Shown in pieces: positions 12,148 to 24,796 of a stretch of 64,000 bases of DNA. The first letter of the stretch is position 1. Every line of letters begins with the position of its first letter. The notes beneath the pieces are model-generated. The model was not told the origin of the DNA. It saw only the letters and a list, made by a program, of their open reading frames with translations, and ran no database searches. A program made the translations under genes and the position numbers. Origin of the DNA: Octopus sinensis (Eukaryota); contig NC_042997.1 in assembly GCF_006345805.1 (NCBI RefSeq), positions 74,400,001 through 74,464,000 of the forward strand, written 5' to 3'.

Positions 12148-12480
12148 CCAGTGGCAGCACCTTCCTCTTGGGTGTATATCTTGTTATTAAACTTAAATAT
12201 GTGGCTCTTGAGGTACTCGAACCCACCGCATGTGTGACCATCTTTTTAACCTGATCATTGTTCTCGGGGGTCCACTCATTCCATCTCTCTCTGGGGTCTT
12301 CTTGGCCAACTAAAGTCATGTTCGTCTAAGTAATCCTTTTCACATGTCAGTCTCAGGAGGAAACCCAGTTCTTCTGTGTCAACACCATGAAACTCCACAT
12401 CACTCTTGCTGATCACCTTCACACATTTCTCCACAGCAAAATGTTTCACACAGTTAAAGTTGATACTGAATGGCACGAGG
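12148..12480 (-). mobile_element. Penelope-like RT fragment
   Basis: 12148-12205 is nearly identical to 17631-17690 (gcaccttcc.cttgggtgtatatcttgttattaaacttaaata) within the Penelope RT. Confidence 0.65.
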
Positions 12481-15400
12481 AACATGCTAGCATAGGTTGC
12501 ACGATTTGAGTGAGGACTGGTGAACCAGATGGCTGCACCAGGCTCCAATCTGATCTGGCAGAGTTTCTACAGCTGGATGCCCTTCCTAATGCCAACCATT
12601 CTGAGAGTGTAGTGGGTGCTTTTATGTGCCACCAGCATGAGGGCCAGTCAGGCGATACAGGCAATGGCCATGCACAAATGGTGTTTTTTACATGCCACCT
12701 TCACAGGAGCCAGTCCAGTGGAACTGGCAACAACCTCGCTCGGATGTTTTTTCACGTGCCAGTAAGGCATTACCAAATGATCATGCACAAATGGTGCTTT
12801 TTACATGCCACTGGCACGGAAGCCAGTTAGCTGCTTTGGCAATGATCACACTTGGATGGTGCTCTTAGCGCTCTACTAGCATGGATGCCAGTCATCGAAT
12901 TTGACTTTGATTTCACTTGCCTCAACAGGTCTTCGCAAACAGAGTTTAGTGTCCAATGAAGGAAAGGTATGCATAAGTGGGCTGGTTACACCCCTGGCAT
13001 AGGCCACGAGGTTATGGTCTCACTTGGCTTGCAGGGTCTTCTCAAGCACAGCATACTTCCAAAGGTCTTGGTCACTAGTCATTGAATTGATGAGGCCCAA
13101 AGTTCGAAGGTCTTGCTTCACCACTTCATCTCAGGTCTTCTTGGGTCTACCTCTTCCACAGGTTCCCCCAACCGCTAGGGTGTAGCACCTTTCCACACAG
13201 CTATCCTCATCCATTCTTGCCACATGACCATACCAGCGCAGTTGTCTCTCTTGCACACCACATCTGATGCTTCTTACGTCCAACTTTTCTCTCAAGGTAC
13301 TTAAACTCTGTCGTGTACGCACACTGACATTACATATCCAGCGGAGCATACTAGCTTCATTCCTTGCAAGCTTACGCATGTCCTCAATAGTCACGGCCCA
13401 TGTTTCATTGCCATGTAGCATGACTGTTCGTACACAGGCGTCATACAGTCTACCTTTTACTCTGTGGGAGAGGCTCTTTGTCAACAGCAGAGGTAAGAGC
13501 TCTCTGAACTTTGCCCAGGCTGTTCTTATTCTAGCAGCTACACTTTCGGTGCACCCTCCCCTGCTACTGACTTGGTCACCTAGGTAATGGAAGCTATCTA
13601 CTACTTCTAGTTTTTCTCCCTGGAATGTAGCGGAAGTTGTTCTCCGCACATTTTCAGTGTTTATTGCTCCTGAGCATCTGCCATATATAAAAACTATCTT
13701 CCCAGTTAGCCTTCCTTTGACATTGCTGCACCTCTTATGTGTCCATAGCTTACACTCGGTACATCTTATAAAGTTTCTACCTATGCTTTTTCTCCAGATC
13801 GAGCAGGGCCATCAACCTGAAGGGATTTGTGGTTTGCCTGCCTTCCTACTTATTAGGACTTTGGTTTTAGCTAGGTTGACTCTAAGGCCCTTCGATTCTA
13901 ATCCTTGTTTCCACACCTGAAACTTCTCTAGTTCTGATAGTGACTCAGCAATTAGAGCAAGGTCATCAGCATAGAAGAGCTCACAGGAGCATCCTGTCTT
14001 GAATTCCTCTGTATTGCTTGGAGGACTATGATAAATAGGAGGGGGCTGAGGACTGAACCTTGGTGGTCCCCTACCTCTACCCAGAATTCTTCACTGCCAA
14101 CCCTCACCTTACTGACAACATCCCTGTACATGGCTTGCACAGCTCTCACTAGCCCTAGTTTCCTCATTGACCACCAGATAAGGAATCAGGGGACCCTGTC
14201 AAAGGCTTTCTCCATGTCAACAAAAGCCAGGTAAAGGGGCTTATCTTTGGCTAGGTATTTCTCCTGCAGCTGTCTTACCAGGAATATAGCATCAGTAGTA
14301 CTTTTCCCTGGCACGAACCCAAAGTGCATCTCATCTAAGCTAACCCTCTCTCTAATTAGTTGGGCTATAACCCTCTCCGTAACCTTCATTACCTGATCCA
14401 GCAGCTTGATACCCCTGTAGTTATTTGTATCTAGGGCGTCACCTTTACCTTTGTAGCAGTTGACTATTATGCTGTTACACCAGTCATTGGGTATGACTCC
14501 TTCATGTATCATCTGGTTAACTATACGGGTGACTAGGCTGTAGCCAACACTGCCAGATATTTTGAGCATCTCTGCAGTTATTCCTGATGGGCCAGGGACT
14601 TTCCCTGTCTTCATACTCTTAATTGCTTTATCTACCAAGGTACTGTCAACTCGGATAGCTGGTCCCTCTGTTGGGTCGACATTCGGCAGACTCTCTTTCT
14701 CCCATTCATTTTCTTTATTGAGCAACCTTTCATAGTGGCATCTCCAAACCTCTCTCTTTGCAGCCTCATTTAGTGCAAGTGAACCATCATCCATGCGGAC
14801 ACATTTCTTTCCTACAACCTCACGATTCTCACTCACACACTGTCTTGGAACACAAAATACCTCAAGTCTTTGGTCCTCACAGTGCAGAACATTGGCAAAT
14901 TTTTTCTTATCTGCTTCCCCTCTGGCTAAATAAACCTGTCTCCTAGCTTCCCTTCTGGCAGTCTGATACAATTCCCTGCTACCACCATTCTTCCAGTCCT
15001 TCCAAGCCTCTAATAGTCCTGTCAACAACATTGTTCCACCACCACATTATTTTGTGTCGAGAGGCGACTTTGCACCATCCACAGATCTGGTCAGTAGCCC
15101 TCAGCAGATTGTCCTCCAGTTGTCTTCTATATTGTGTGTAGCTATATTCCCTTCTACTTCATCAATGGCTTCAAGTAATATGTCTCTCAATCTCTGTCCA
15201 TGTGCAGGATCTTTAAGCTTCCAGACCCTTCTCCTCCATACTGGTCGTCTTCCGGGCATCCACTTAGCCCTGATCCTGAAGTCACTAACTACCAGTCTAT
15301 GTTGTGGGGTACATTCTTTGCCTGGGAAGGTTTTGGCATTTATAAGCAGCCATCTTTCCCTTTTTCTAGTCAATTTGGCTAGTCTGTTTGCCAGACCGGT

Positions 15401-15690
15401 AGGTGACTAGGTGACTGGCATAAGATCATTTGCATTGCAGAACTCCAGCAATCTGGTTCTCCCCTCATTGCGGGAACCAAAACTGCAGCCTCCATGTACA
15501 CCATGGAAGCCCCCTGCAAATTGTCCAACATGTCCATTGAAGTCACCAGCCACAAAGAGAAGGTCCCTGTCATTTGTCAATGAGGTAGTCTGCAAGAGGG
15601 TGTTGTAGAATCGGTCTTTCTGTCCATTGGGTAGCCCTGGTTGAGGGGCATAGGCCAAGATAATGGTTGCTAACCCACACGTTTATGAAT
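12480..15690 (-). mobile_element. RTE-clade LINE, 5'-truncated and frameshifted: APE fragment, RT, 3' UTR
   Basis: APE (YAPQPG, VAGDFNGHVG; 15407-15658), RT (GKSTTDAIFLVRQLQEKY, AFVDMEKAFDRVP, GDHQGSVLSPLLF; 13952-15031), C-terminus RLRWYGHVARM...GRGRPKKTW; 3' UTR 12480-13130. Confidence 0.93.
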
Positions 15691-15759
15691 TTGTGTTTTA
15701 AGATTCCTGATGTGAAATCCTGTTAAAACTGATATTGTTGTATTTTGGGATGGTCATTT

Positions 15760-15866
15760 GTTTTGTTTTTTTTGCCAAATAAACATATATATTCATTATT
15801 TTATTTTTATTTTTATTTTTATCTAGTTTCAGCTCACAAGCTGTGGCCATGCTGGGGCACCACCAT
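15760..15866 (-). mobile_element. 3' fragment of a tRNA-headed SINE inserted in the pLTR
   Basis: atggtggtgccccagcatggccacagcttgtgagctgaaactagat plus (ATAAAA)n tail, nearly identical to 42450-42520. Confidence 0.75.
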
Positions 15867-15910
15867 TTCTTCACTTGCTTTTTATAATTCTTATTTTAAC
15901 TCATGTCCAT

Positions 15911-15956
15911 TGTCTGGAAATCTTTCGTCACACATCTGTGACCTTGTCAGTGGCAC
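15911..15956 (-). ncRNA. Degenerate minimal type-I hammerhead ribozyme in the Penelope pLTR (copy A)
   Basis: Minus strand CUGACAA-G-GUCACA-gaug-UGUGAC-GAAA-GAUUUC: perfect 6-bp stem II and intact GAAA; G8 mutated to A. Confidence 0.6.
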
Positions 15957-18888
15957 TTTCCATTCTCATGTGTGCTCCTGCTCTGCTTAGTCCATTCTGT
16001 TCTTATATGACGTGTATTCTTGTATGTGCATGCATTTGCATCTGTATTTGTGTGCGTGCATATGCATGTTTGTGTTTCACATGTGTGCTTATGTGTGTAT
16101 ATACCCTTTATATTGTTGTCATCATTATTGTCGTTGTTCATGGTAGCACTATGACTCTCCCCTCATCCCTGTTCCCTCCTCCATCTTGAAGTACTGTATC
16201 TCTGTGTTTATGTGTTTGCCCATGCTGCTGTCATCATGGTAGTTCTTGTTGTTGGTCACATTGTTGATGTAGTTGCAGCCGTTTGTGAAGTTACTGTGTG
16301 CGTGTATACAGGTTCGCTTAGTGTTATTTGTACCCATGCCCTTTATACAGATTTTTTGTTTACCTATTTATCTCTGTTTCTCATATTTATCTATTGTGTG
16401 TGTATTACACTGTTTGTATGTTTTTTTTTCTCTTCCCTTCTATCTTTAGTTGTTGTGTTGCACGGTGTGGTGGTGAGTGTTATTGTTCCATTTTTGTTTT
16501 CTATTGAGGCTCAGTCTGTCTATTGCTATGTGAGTAGCCTTTGTAATCTAAGTGTTGTGTCAGTTCTGTGCATTGATAATACCTCAACCTCTATGTTATT
16601 AACCAAGCCTCTATGTTCTGCTTGAGCATGTTGGTTGAGCACTGGCAAGCCTTTCTCCTCTTTGAGCTTCTGCCAGTGTTTGTCTATATGCTCCTCTGTG
16701 CTGCATGCTGTTTCTCCAATGTAAGTATTGTTTCTCTTGTTTCTATACCGTCCCTCATTACACTGTAAGCTATACACTATATTCCTAACCATACAGTTAA
16801 CTTGTGGGTTCATTCTACATACTATACAATTGTTCTGTGTACATAGGTACCTATTGAAGGGATAAGTTCTATCGATCAGGGATTTTATGGTTGCTCCAGG
16901 CCTTTCTATTACTTTAATCCATAGGTTAACCTTAAGTAATGCTTTTCTGAAAAGGTATGCAAGTTTGCTGCCAGGGGTAGCATCAACTTTGACACTCTGG
17001 TATTTTTTGTTGTCATACCATGAGTTGGCCTCATCTATCTTTTTTCTCATCCTTTCTGTGCTGTTCCAGGATTTACCCCTGTATAGCAGGCAGATCCCTT
17101 TTACATCACTCTCTATGATGGCCTTGTACTTAGCCCTAGCTCCTTTGCACACTCTAATCCTGTCCCTTTGGTTGTAACCAGAGAACTGCACGTGGCAGAT
17201 GAAGTGTTTTATGTGTCTTTCCAATTATATTAGGTCGTACATGTGGAACACATTCCTCATCACTCTCATCAAGTCTCCTATTAGAATATTGAACTTCGCA
17301 TTGTCCTCAATGGCTGTGTTCTTGTGAACCAGGTATTTAGAGGCTATGGGTTTGGCATAATGGGAGTGAAGGATTTGGACCTAAATGTTCTTGGTTTCCA
17401 GCAAAACTGGTAACCTATAGTCCGGGTGCTTGTTAGGGTAGTCTATTGTTACTTTAATACTCTGGTGGATGGAGTCAGCTATTTGCTGGTTGATCTCCAT
17501 AGTGTTAGCTTCTAAATCATCGACATTGTCTTATGGGGGTGCTTTGGCTACTATGATGATATCATTCACATACCAGGAGTACATGGCTAGGGTTATGGAA
17601 TTTCTCTTTGAGTCTTCTAGGTTAGCCACATCACCAGCTGCACCTTCCACTTGGGTGTATATCTTGTTATTAAACTTAAATAAGTGGCCCTTAATGTTGT
17701 TATTAATAGTCTAGAAGTTGTTGGCTGTGTGCTTCTTTGCCCCTAGGATGTTTGACCACATCATCATATGAGCATTGAGGATCTTCTCTTTCTCCTCATA
17801 CTCCCATACCATTGTTTCCCTCATATCAGTAATGTGGGGTTGCATTGCCTGGATGTAGTTCAGCAGGCTGACATTTTACTGGACTTGTCCGTCAGGAAGC
17901 ACACAACTTCCCTATTTTTTGTCAACTGTATGAGCTTGTGCAGGCCACTTGCAAACTTCTTATCGAGCTCCTGTGCCTCTCTTCCACTCAGTCTACTAGT
18001 GCATTGTTCTAAAACCTAAGTTTAGTACTGGCTATGGTGAAGCATGCTTCTATTTCATCATTTGTCTGTCTGTTGAGAGATGTAAACTCTTTTGTTGAAG
18101 GGTAGGGTTGTTGAATAAATATGACTCATATTGTATGGTTTATTACATGCATTGAAGAATAGGGTGTGAAAAGGGTTAGTGTCATTTATACCTGTTGTAC
18201 TACTTTCTATCTTATCATTTCTCTGGTTATCATCTCTTTGGTTGTCTATTTTAATGCTGTTATTGGTGGTGGTAGTGGTGGTGGTGTTTCTATGTGTATT
18301 GTTGTTGCCAGAAATGTGTATTGTTGTTAGTGTATTGTGTTGTTTTGCATGTTTTCATAGTTGTTTTCAATATTGTTGTTGTTGTTACCAGCCCCACTAC
18401 TATTGTTATTCTTATAGCTATTGTCTCCCGTTCTGCTGACCCTCCCTTTGTCTTCATTTTCTTCACTGTGGCTGCAGCTATTCTGGCTCCTAAGTTTGGC
18501 ATGCTTGTGTCTTTCTGTGTTTGTTCTTCTAAGTACAAGGCCATCATAGAGAGTGATGCAAAGGGAAACACACAAACAGAGAGATACAGGAATGGTATTA
18601 AAAGTCGGGGTCAAAGGCAGTAGCACTAGCAACGGGGGATGGGAGGGGGTGAGGGGAGGATCATAGTGCTACTAAGAACAACGATAGCAATGACAACAAT
18701 ATAAAGGGCATAAAAGCCCATATATACACATATAAGCACACATGCGAAACAGACACATGTATGCACATGCATGCACACACATGTACACATACACATAAAT
18801 ACAGATGCAAAGATGTATATATAAGGATACACATCATAGAAGAACAGAATGGAACTAAGTGGAGCAAGAGCACACATGAGGATGGAAA

Positions 18889-18934
18889 GTGTCACTGAAG
18901 AGGCCACAGATGTGTGACAAAAGATTTCCGGACA
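18889..18934 (+). ncRNA. Degenerate minimal type-I hammerhead ribozyme in the inverted pLTR (copy B)
   Basis: CUGAAGA(18895-18901)-G-GCCACA-gaug-UGUGAC-AAAA-GAUUUC: intact CUGANGA; GAAA mutated to AAAA. Confidence 0.6.
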
Positions 18935-19149
18935 ATGGACATGAGTTACAATAAGAACAGTAAAAAAACCAGTGAACATCCTGAAATACAACAATATTTA
19001 TATGGGTGTACACATGCATACACATTTCTATGAATATTTTATATTCATGTAAATGTTGATGTAATATCTATTATATAACTAACAAGATCATGAAACAGTT
19101 GTAAATGGATGGAATAAACATCTATTTCTCTGGAATTGGTGAAATTAAT

Positions 19150-19255
19150 GTATACTTTGGATGAGAATCCAATAAGGTTCAAAAATCAATTTAGCCTGTT
19201 CATTTTTTTTTTCAATCTCCAGAGAAATAGCCAAATTTTCCCTATTATATATCTA
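19150..19255 (+). repeat. Degenerate hammerhead-bearing repeat end (same family as 42.2 kb)
   Basis: ggatgag aatc caataa ggtt c aaaa atcaat followed by ~80 nt homologous to 42260-42320 (gttcat..ttcaatct.cagagaaa..gc.aaattt.ccct). Confidence 0.55.
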
Positions 19256-19265
19256 CTATATAGGT

Positions 19266-20083
19266 TACAGAGACATGCACGTGACAAAAAATACAAAATG
19301 TCAGAGTATGGCTAGGAGATAACAGTTTACTCAAAGTGGCAGCCCTCAACTTCTACCATGGCCTGAAGACAGCTCTGGGATCTGGAGCAGGTGTTCCTCA
19401 CTGTGTCCCTGGGAAGATCTTCAAACACCTCCTTAATCTTGGCCACCAGCTCAACTATAGGTAGAGTGGTTGGTGTCTTTCTCAACTATGCCCCACACTT
19501 AGTAATCCATGGGATGACAATCAGGAAAATTAGGAAGCCAGAAATTGGGGCTGTGGTAGAAATTCTCTGACAACCATTTCTGATTCTTTCTGGAGTTATG
19601 GCAAGGTGCCAAATCCTGCTGCCATACATATGGCCTTCCAGCAGTAACCATCTCCAGCTAGTGTTTGATCACAGTTTTCAGCAGCTTTACCTCACCATCT
19701 GAATTGGGCCTAAGACCCTGTTGAAGGATTTGGGGCTAAATTCTGGTGTGCAGAGGCAGTCAGAACATCTGCTGTGTCTTTTTCTCCTGGCCACTGCCTC
19801 ATACTCTCCACTGCAGCTGTCCATGTCACATCTTACAGCTTTTACAGTGTTCACAGAGTATTGAACAGCAGTCATGGTTTGGCATTTTTATATCTGGCAC
19901 TTATCATCACAATACAGGTAACTGTTTTCCAATATTTAGATGGTCTCCAGTCTTCCATGTTAGCTAACTTTTCCTCAACTACAACTTTATGCTCTTCGAT
20001 GTCACTGATTGTTCACCAATATAATAAGATGTTCCTGAAAAAGGGAGACATATAAAATTATCAAATATAGCCTGAACACCCTG
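19266..20083 (-). mobile_element. Tc1/mariner superfamily (maT/DD37D-like) remnant
   Basis: C-terminus ELVAKIKEVFEDLPRDTVRNTCSR...VEVEGCHFE*; TA|CAGGGTG terminus at 20083. Confidence 0.55.
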
Positions 20084-20479
20084 TATATACATACATATAT
20101 ATGTGCGTGCATGTGTGTGTGTGTGTGTGTGTATCTATATATATTCATACACACACATACATATATGTACATATATACATAAGCATATATATATATATCT
20201 TGTGACTATAGAGAGTCATTATGCCAATGACCCTTGCAAGACTCAACATCTGTTTCAACACATGAATTTACATCAAGAATCTAGCAAACTAAATACAAAA
20301 ACATAAAAAATACAAAAACCAAATACAAAAATATACAAGTCCTGTGCTCTGTTATCTGGTGGTCTCAAATGAAGTTAGGAGTAGTGGAGTGGTTTGTTAG
20401 CACTGTACAAGACTTATACAGTGGTGCTCACAGGAAGGTGAGAGTCAGCCATGAATATAGTGATGAATTTAGCATATGA

Positions 20480-21855
20480 GTAGGGGATCACCAGAGTTCA
20501 GTTCTCAGCCCACTCTTATTCCTCATAGCCCTCCAGGCCATAACAGAGGAATTCAAAACTGAATGCCAGTGGGAACTGCTATATGTTGATGACCTTGCTC
20601 TTATTGCAAAATCTGTAGCAGAATTAAAGAAGAAATTCCAGGTGTGGAAGCAAAACCTGGAATCAATGGGCCTTAAATTTGACCTAGCATAGACCAAAGT
20701 TGTTGTTCGCAAGAAAGCAGATAAAACTCTCCTTCTGTTGGGTAAATGATCTGCTCAATATGTAGGAAAGCAGATGGAAGTAATTCCATTTGCTACACCC
20801 AATATAAGCTACAGACACATAAGCGGTGCAATGGAATCACAGGAAGATTAAAAGATAAAGTTGTCTTCATATGTAGCAGATGTGCAGGAACAATAAGCAC
20901 TAAGGGCAAACAGGACTTAGGCTCTCTCAAATGCCCAAGAGGCTCTCTTAAGGTAGTAGATAGTTTCTGTTACCTAGGTGACCAAATTAGCAAAGGTGGA
21001 TGATACTCTGAAAGTTTTTGTTTCCAGAATAAGAATAGGATGGAGGAAATTCAGAGAACTATTACCTCTGTTGCCAACAAAAGGACTCTCTCAGAGTGAA
21101 AGATAGATTATATGATGCTTGTATGCAAATGGCTATACTCTATGGTAGTGAGACATGGGCTTTGAATGCAGAAGATATGTGTAGACTAAAGAGAAATGAA
21201 GGCAGTATGCACCATTGGATGTGCAACATTAGTGTGCATGTACAACAAAGTGTAAATGTGTTGAGAGAAAAGTGGGGCATAAGAGAAATCAAATGTAACA
21301 CGCAAGAGAGAAGACTATGTTGGTTTAGACATGTAATGTGTAAGAATGAAGACAGCTGTATAAAGAAGTGCTAATCACTGAAAGTGGATGATGTCAGTGG
21401 AAGAAGGAGACCCAGGAAGAGATGGGATGAAGTTGTAAGGACTTATCTCAGGATGTTAGGCCTGACAAATGAAATGACAATGGATCAAGATGTCTGGTGA
21501 TATGAGGTACTTGAGAAGATCTGCTCATGTCAGTGAAACTGAGTTCTAGAAGTGCTGTGTGTTCAACACCACATGTAACAATAAAACTTTCCACACACCC
21601 TAGCCCAACAAACCAAACTACATCTCTTCTCTTCCTCCCATTTCCTCTTTCATTTACTAGGCTTATCTCTCACTCCCTAATTCCATCCTCACAACCCTGC
21701 TCACAGTATCATTGCTATCCTGTAGTCCCCCAACCCCTCTATATACCCAGGTTTCCATCAGTCACTGCATTACTCTTGGCCCTCTTGCTTTTTTGGCAAT
21801 TACATGCCACTTATATTATGACCTCCATACCTTGAGGGTACACCCTAGCACTTCC

Positions 21856-21908
<53 letters not shown>

Positions 21909-22430
21909 TTTACTCTAGCATCCCATTTATATTCTGACCCCCATTCCTTGTGAGTATGCCCTGACACTTCACCACCATCACTCTCCTGCTTTTTATTGAA
22001 CTCTTGCTGTCTCCCACTCTCTTTCTCTTCCCTCAGGCTGGATAGCTATGTATCTCCTTTACAGCAGCACACCTGTTTCTGTTCCCATTATAGATCATGC
22101 TCTCCCTCTCTCTCTCTCTCTCTCTTTGGATGGGTGACCATGCAACTCCTCTACAGCAAGACAGCTGTCTGCCTCTGTCATACTTGGACCTTTCATCAGC
22201 TGGCATAAGATCACTGCCTCTAATGTCCCCTCTCCTCTCAAAGAATCTTTATCTTGCAAGTGCTTATGCCATGTAAAAAGCACTTAGTCCACTGCTGGGT
22301 GGTTAGTGTTAGGAAGGGGATCTGACAGCAAAAAATCTTGCCATAACAGACACAGAAGTCTGGTGCAGGCTCCTGCTTGGCCAGCTCCTGACAAACTGTC
22401 CAACTCATGCCAGCATAGAAGGCAGACTTT
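20480..22430 (+). mobile_element. Degenerate RTE LINE (RT C-terminal half, internal Cys-rich insert, long 3' UTR)
   Basis: QSSVLSPLLF...CQWELLYVDDL; CSICRK...C; DRLYDACM..AILYGSETW; RRLCWFRHV; 3' terminus catgccagcatagaaggcagac ~22430. Confidence 0.8.
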
Positions 22431-22582
22431 TGTCTCTCCCTGTTTATTTCTGTGTTCCTTTCTGTTGAAGAGTGTAGGCTCAAAACATAAAAGACTTTCT
22501 CACTTCCTGAGTGTTAAACTAATACATCTGTTTGTTGTTTACACACCCGTCCTCGTCTTTTGTTTTTTTTGTAAATCCTCAC

Positions 22583-22616
<34 letters not shown>

Positions 22617-22618
22617 AT

Positions 22619-23012
22619 AGGCACAGGTGTGGCTGTGCGATAAGAAGCTTGCTTTCCAACAACATGGTTCCAGATTCAGTCTCACAGCATAGCACCTTGA
22701 GCAAGTTTCTTCTACTATAGCCTTGGGTTAATCAAAGCTTTGTAAGTGGATTTGATAGGCAGAAATTGAAAGAAGCCTGTCATATATATATCTATATATG
22801 TGTGTCTTTATGTCTGTTTGTCCCCCACCAATGCTTGACAACTGGTGTTGGTGTATTTGCATCCCTGTACCTTAGCAATTTGGAAAAAAAAAACTGATAG
22901 AATAAGTACCAGGCTTAAAAAATAAGTCCTTGGGTCAATTTGCTTGACTAAAACCCTCGTGGCAGTGCCCCAGCATGGCCACTGTCAACTGACTGAAACA
23001 AGTAAAAAGTAA
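22619..23012 (+). mobile_element. tRNA-derived SINE (OK/OR-type)
   Basis: Collinear homology to 1310-1713. Confidence 0.8.
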
Positions 23013-23036
23013 AAAATAAAACATATATACACACAT

Positions 23037-23560
23037 ATAGAAGGGGCGTTCTTTAAAGATTTTCCCTGACCTACTTCTGGTTATTGCAGGAAATGGAACC
23101 TGTACAAGTATAATCATACATGTCTCTACATGTCATATTGTAAATTGCAGCTTTCCATTAGTATTCATTTGTCTTTTACAACTGCTGAAGTGAACTAAGG
23201 TGTTATAATGGAGGTAGCTGAATGCAGATCAGTGATCAGGTTCTTATACATGAAAGGTCATACACCAAAAGAGAGTTTTGATAAGATAAATGGTGACAAT
23301 ACAACATATGACACAGTCAAGCACGGGCATCACCTGTTCAATTGTGGTTGGACATCGATGGAAACTGCTCCTATTCCTGGACGACCACATTCTGTCCTTG
23401 ATGACGGCACTATCCATAAAGTGGAAGCTGCCATTTTGGAGGATCGCTGCATAAATATTTGGCAACTAGCCCAAGAGGTAAAGATAAGTGTAGGGTCCAT
23501 GGAAAAAAATCATTCATAACCATTTGCACATGCAGAAGTTGTCTGCACGATGGATTCCTT
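23037..23560 (+). mobile_element. mariner 5' half (TIR plus transposase N-terminus)
   Basis: TIR-like gaaggggcgttctttaaag; ORF 23208-23519 MEVAECRSVIRFLYMKGHTPKE...PGRP...ILEDR; WIP motif at ~23550. Confidence 0.75.
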
Positions 23561-24393
23561 GGAGTGTAACAGAGAAATAGAGAGGTTTATAAGTAGAGTA
23601 GCATGGAAAGATACACATTCATGTGAGTGAAAAATAGCTCTTCTTTGTGTATCAGCTACCAGACACTATTGTACAGCTGGACTTCTTTTACTGGATATAC
23701 ATGTAGAAATCCACAAGTATGCATAGAGTAAATGCAAAAGAATTTTAATATGAGAAGATGGAATGAACAGGCTTCATTACAAATCATTACAATTGTTTCA
23801 CCACATCATTATCAGCTGGTAACTGCTGAATGCTATGGCATTAATATGATTCAACAATAGCTATATGGATGTGAGTCTTCAGATAAGTAGGGTCCAAAAC
23901 ACTGCTAGATCATCAAAGTTTCTCTTTGTTTTATACTTAAACTCTGTTATTTCTAACATTCCAGTGAAAAAGAACACAGAAAAATTAATATAAACAGATG
24001 AGAAAAAATACCAATGACAAATTCTATATTTAACCACAGATTTCTCTTGACTTTTTGAAAAATATGATAAATAAACATTCTAAAATAACTATGTCATAAA
24101 ATGATAAAATTTAACAATTACTTGTCTCTTGTGTATGTTACTATCCCACTTCAAAGTAAATCTATGATGTGATCACTTCCTTAGCAGAGCAAGAAACCAA
24201 AACCTGTCAACTTACAAACTTAATTTTGGCTGTATAGTATTACTGTCACAAGTTTTATCCTAGTTGCTTTTACAAGTCATTAAGATAGGCAATTAAACTA
24301 ACAAAAATTACTTTCACACACTCTTATACATACATATACATTTATTCAAAACTAATGTATATACATTTGTATATGCATACATATCTATAGAAG

Positions 24394-24446
<53 letters not shown>

Positions 24447-24762
24447 AAGGTGGCTATATGCAATATAAAACCAAAAAGGTAAAATTGAATTGTCACTAAC
24501 TGTGACCGACAGTGCAGGGTAGCAACTACATTGCTACAAATAAGGATCAAAGACCCTTACAGCCACAAAAAAAGCACACGTCTATGCACTGACAGGGGAG
24601 ATAACCACCCCCACTGTGAGCAAAATCATCATGGTAGTCTAGTTTCACTTAAAATTAAAGCTCATCAGTGGTGACTACTCCATTGCTGGATGGTTTGGAT
24701 AAATCCAACAGTCAGTATATAGTATTTACCATATGAATTAATGGATGAATCAATGGATCAAA

Positions 24763-24794
<32 letters not shown>

Positions 24795-24796
<2 letters not shown>

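Larger units (their letters stand above)
15731..18997 (-). mobile_element. Penelope-like element (RT plus C-terminal GIY-YIG) with inverted pseudo-LTR copy at its 5' end
   Basis: RT 17230-17720 (FKFNNKIYTQVEG, YSWYVNDII, DYPNKHPDYRLPVL); Cys-rich linker and GIY-YIG (NIVYSLQC...YIGET) in ORF 16526-17224; sense pLTR 15731-16217 (SINE inserted ~15760-15866); reverse-complement copy 18566-18997. Confidence 0.88.

Noticed and set aside
16212-16625. Numerous hydrophobic or low-complexity ORFs (e.g. 9402-9833, 16212-16625, 39951-40199, 55247-55750, 60731-61198) as membrane proteins
   Set aside because: They are translations of microsatellites, UTRs or antisense strands of TE ORFs, without splice or homology support.
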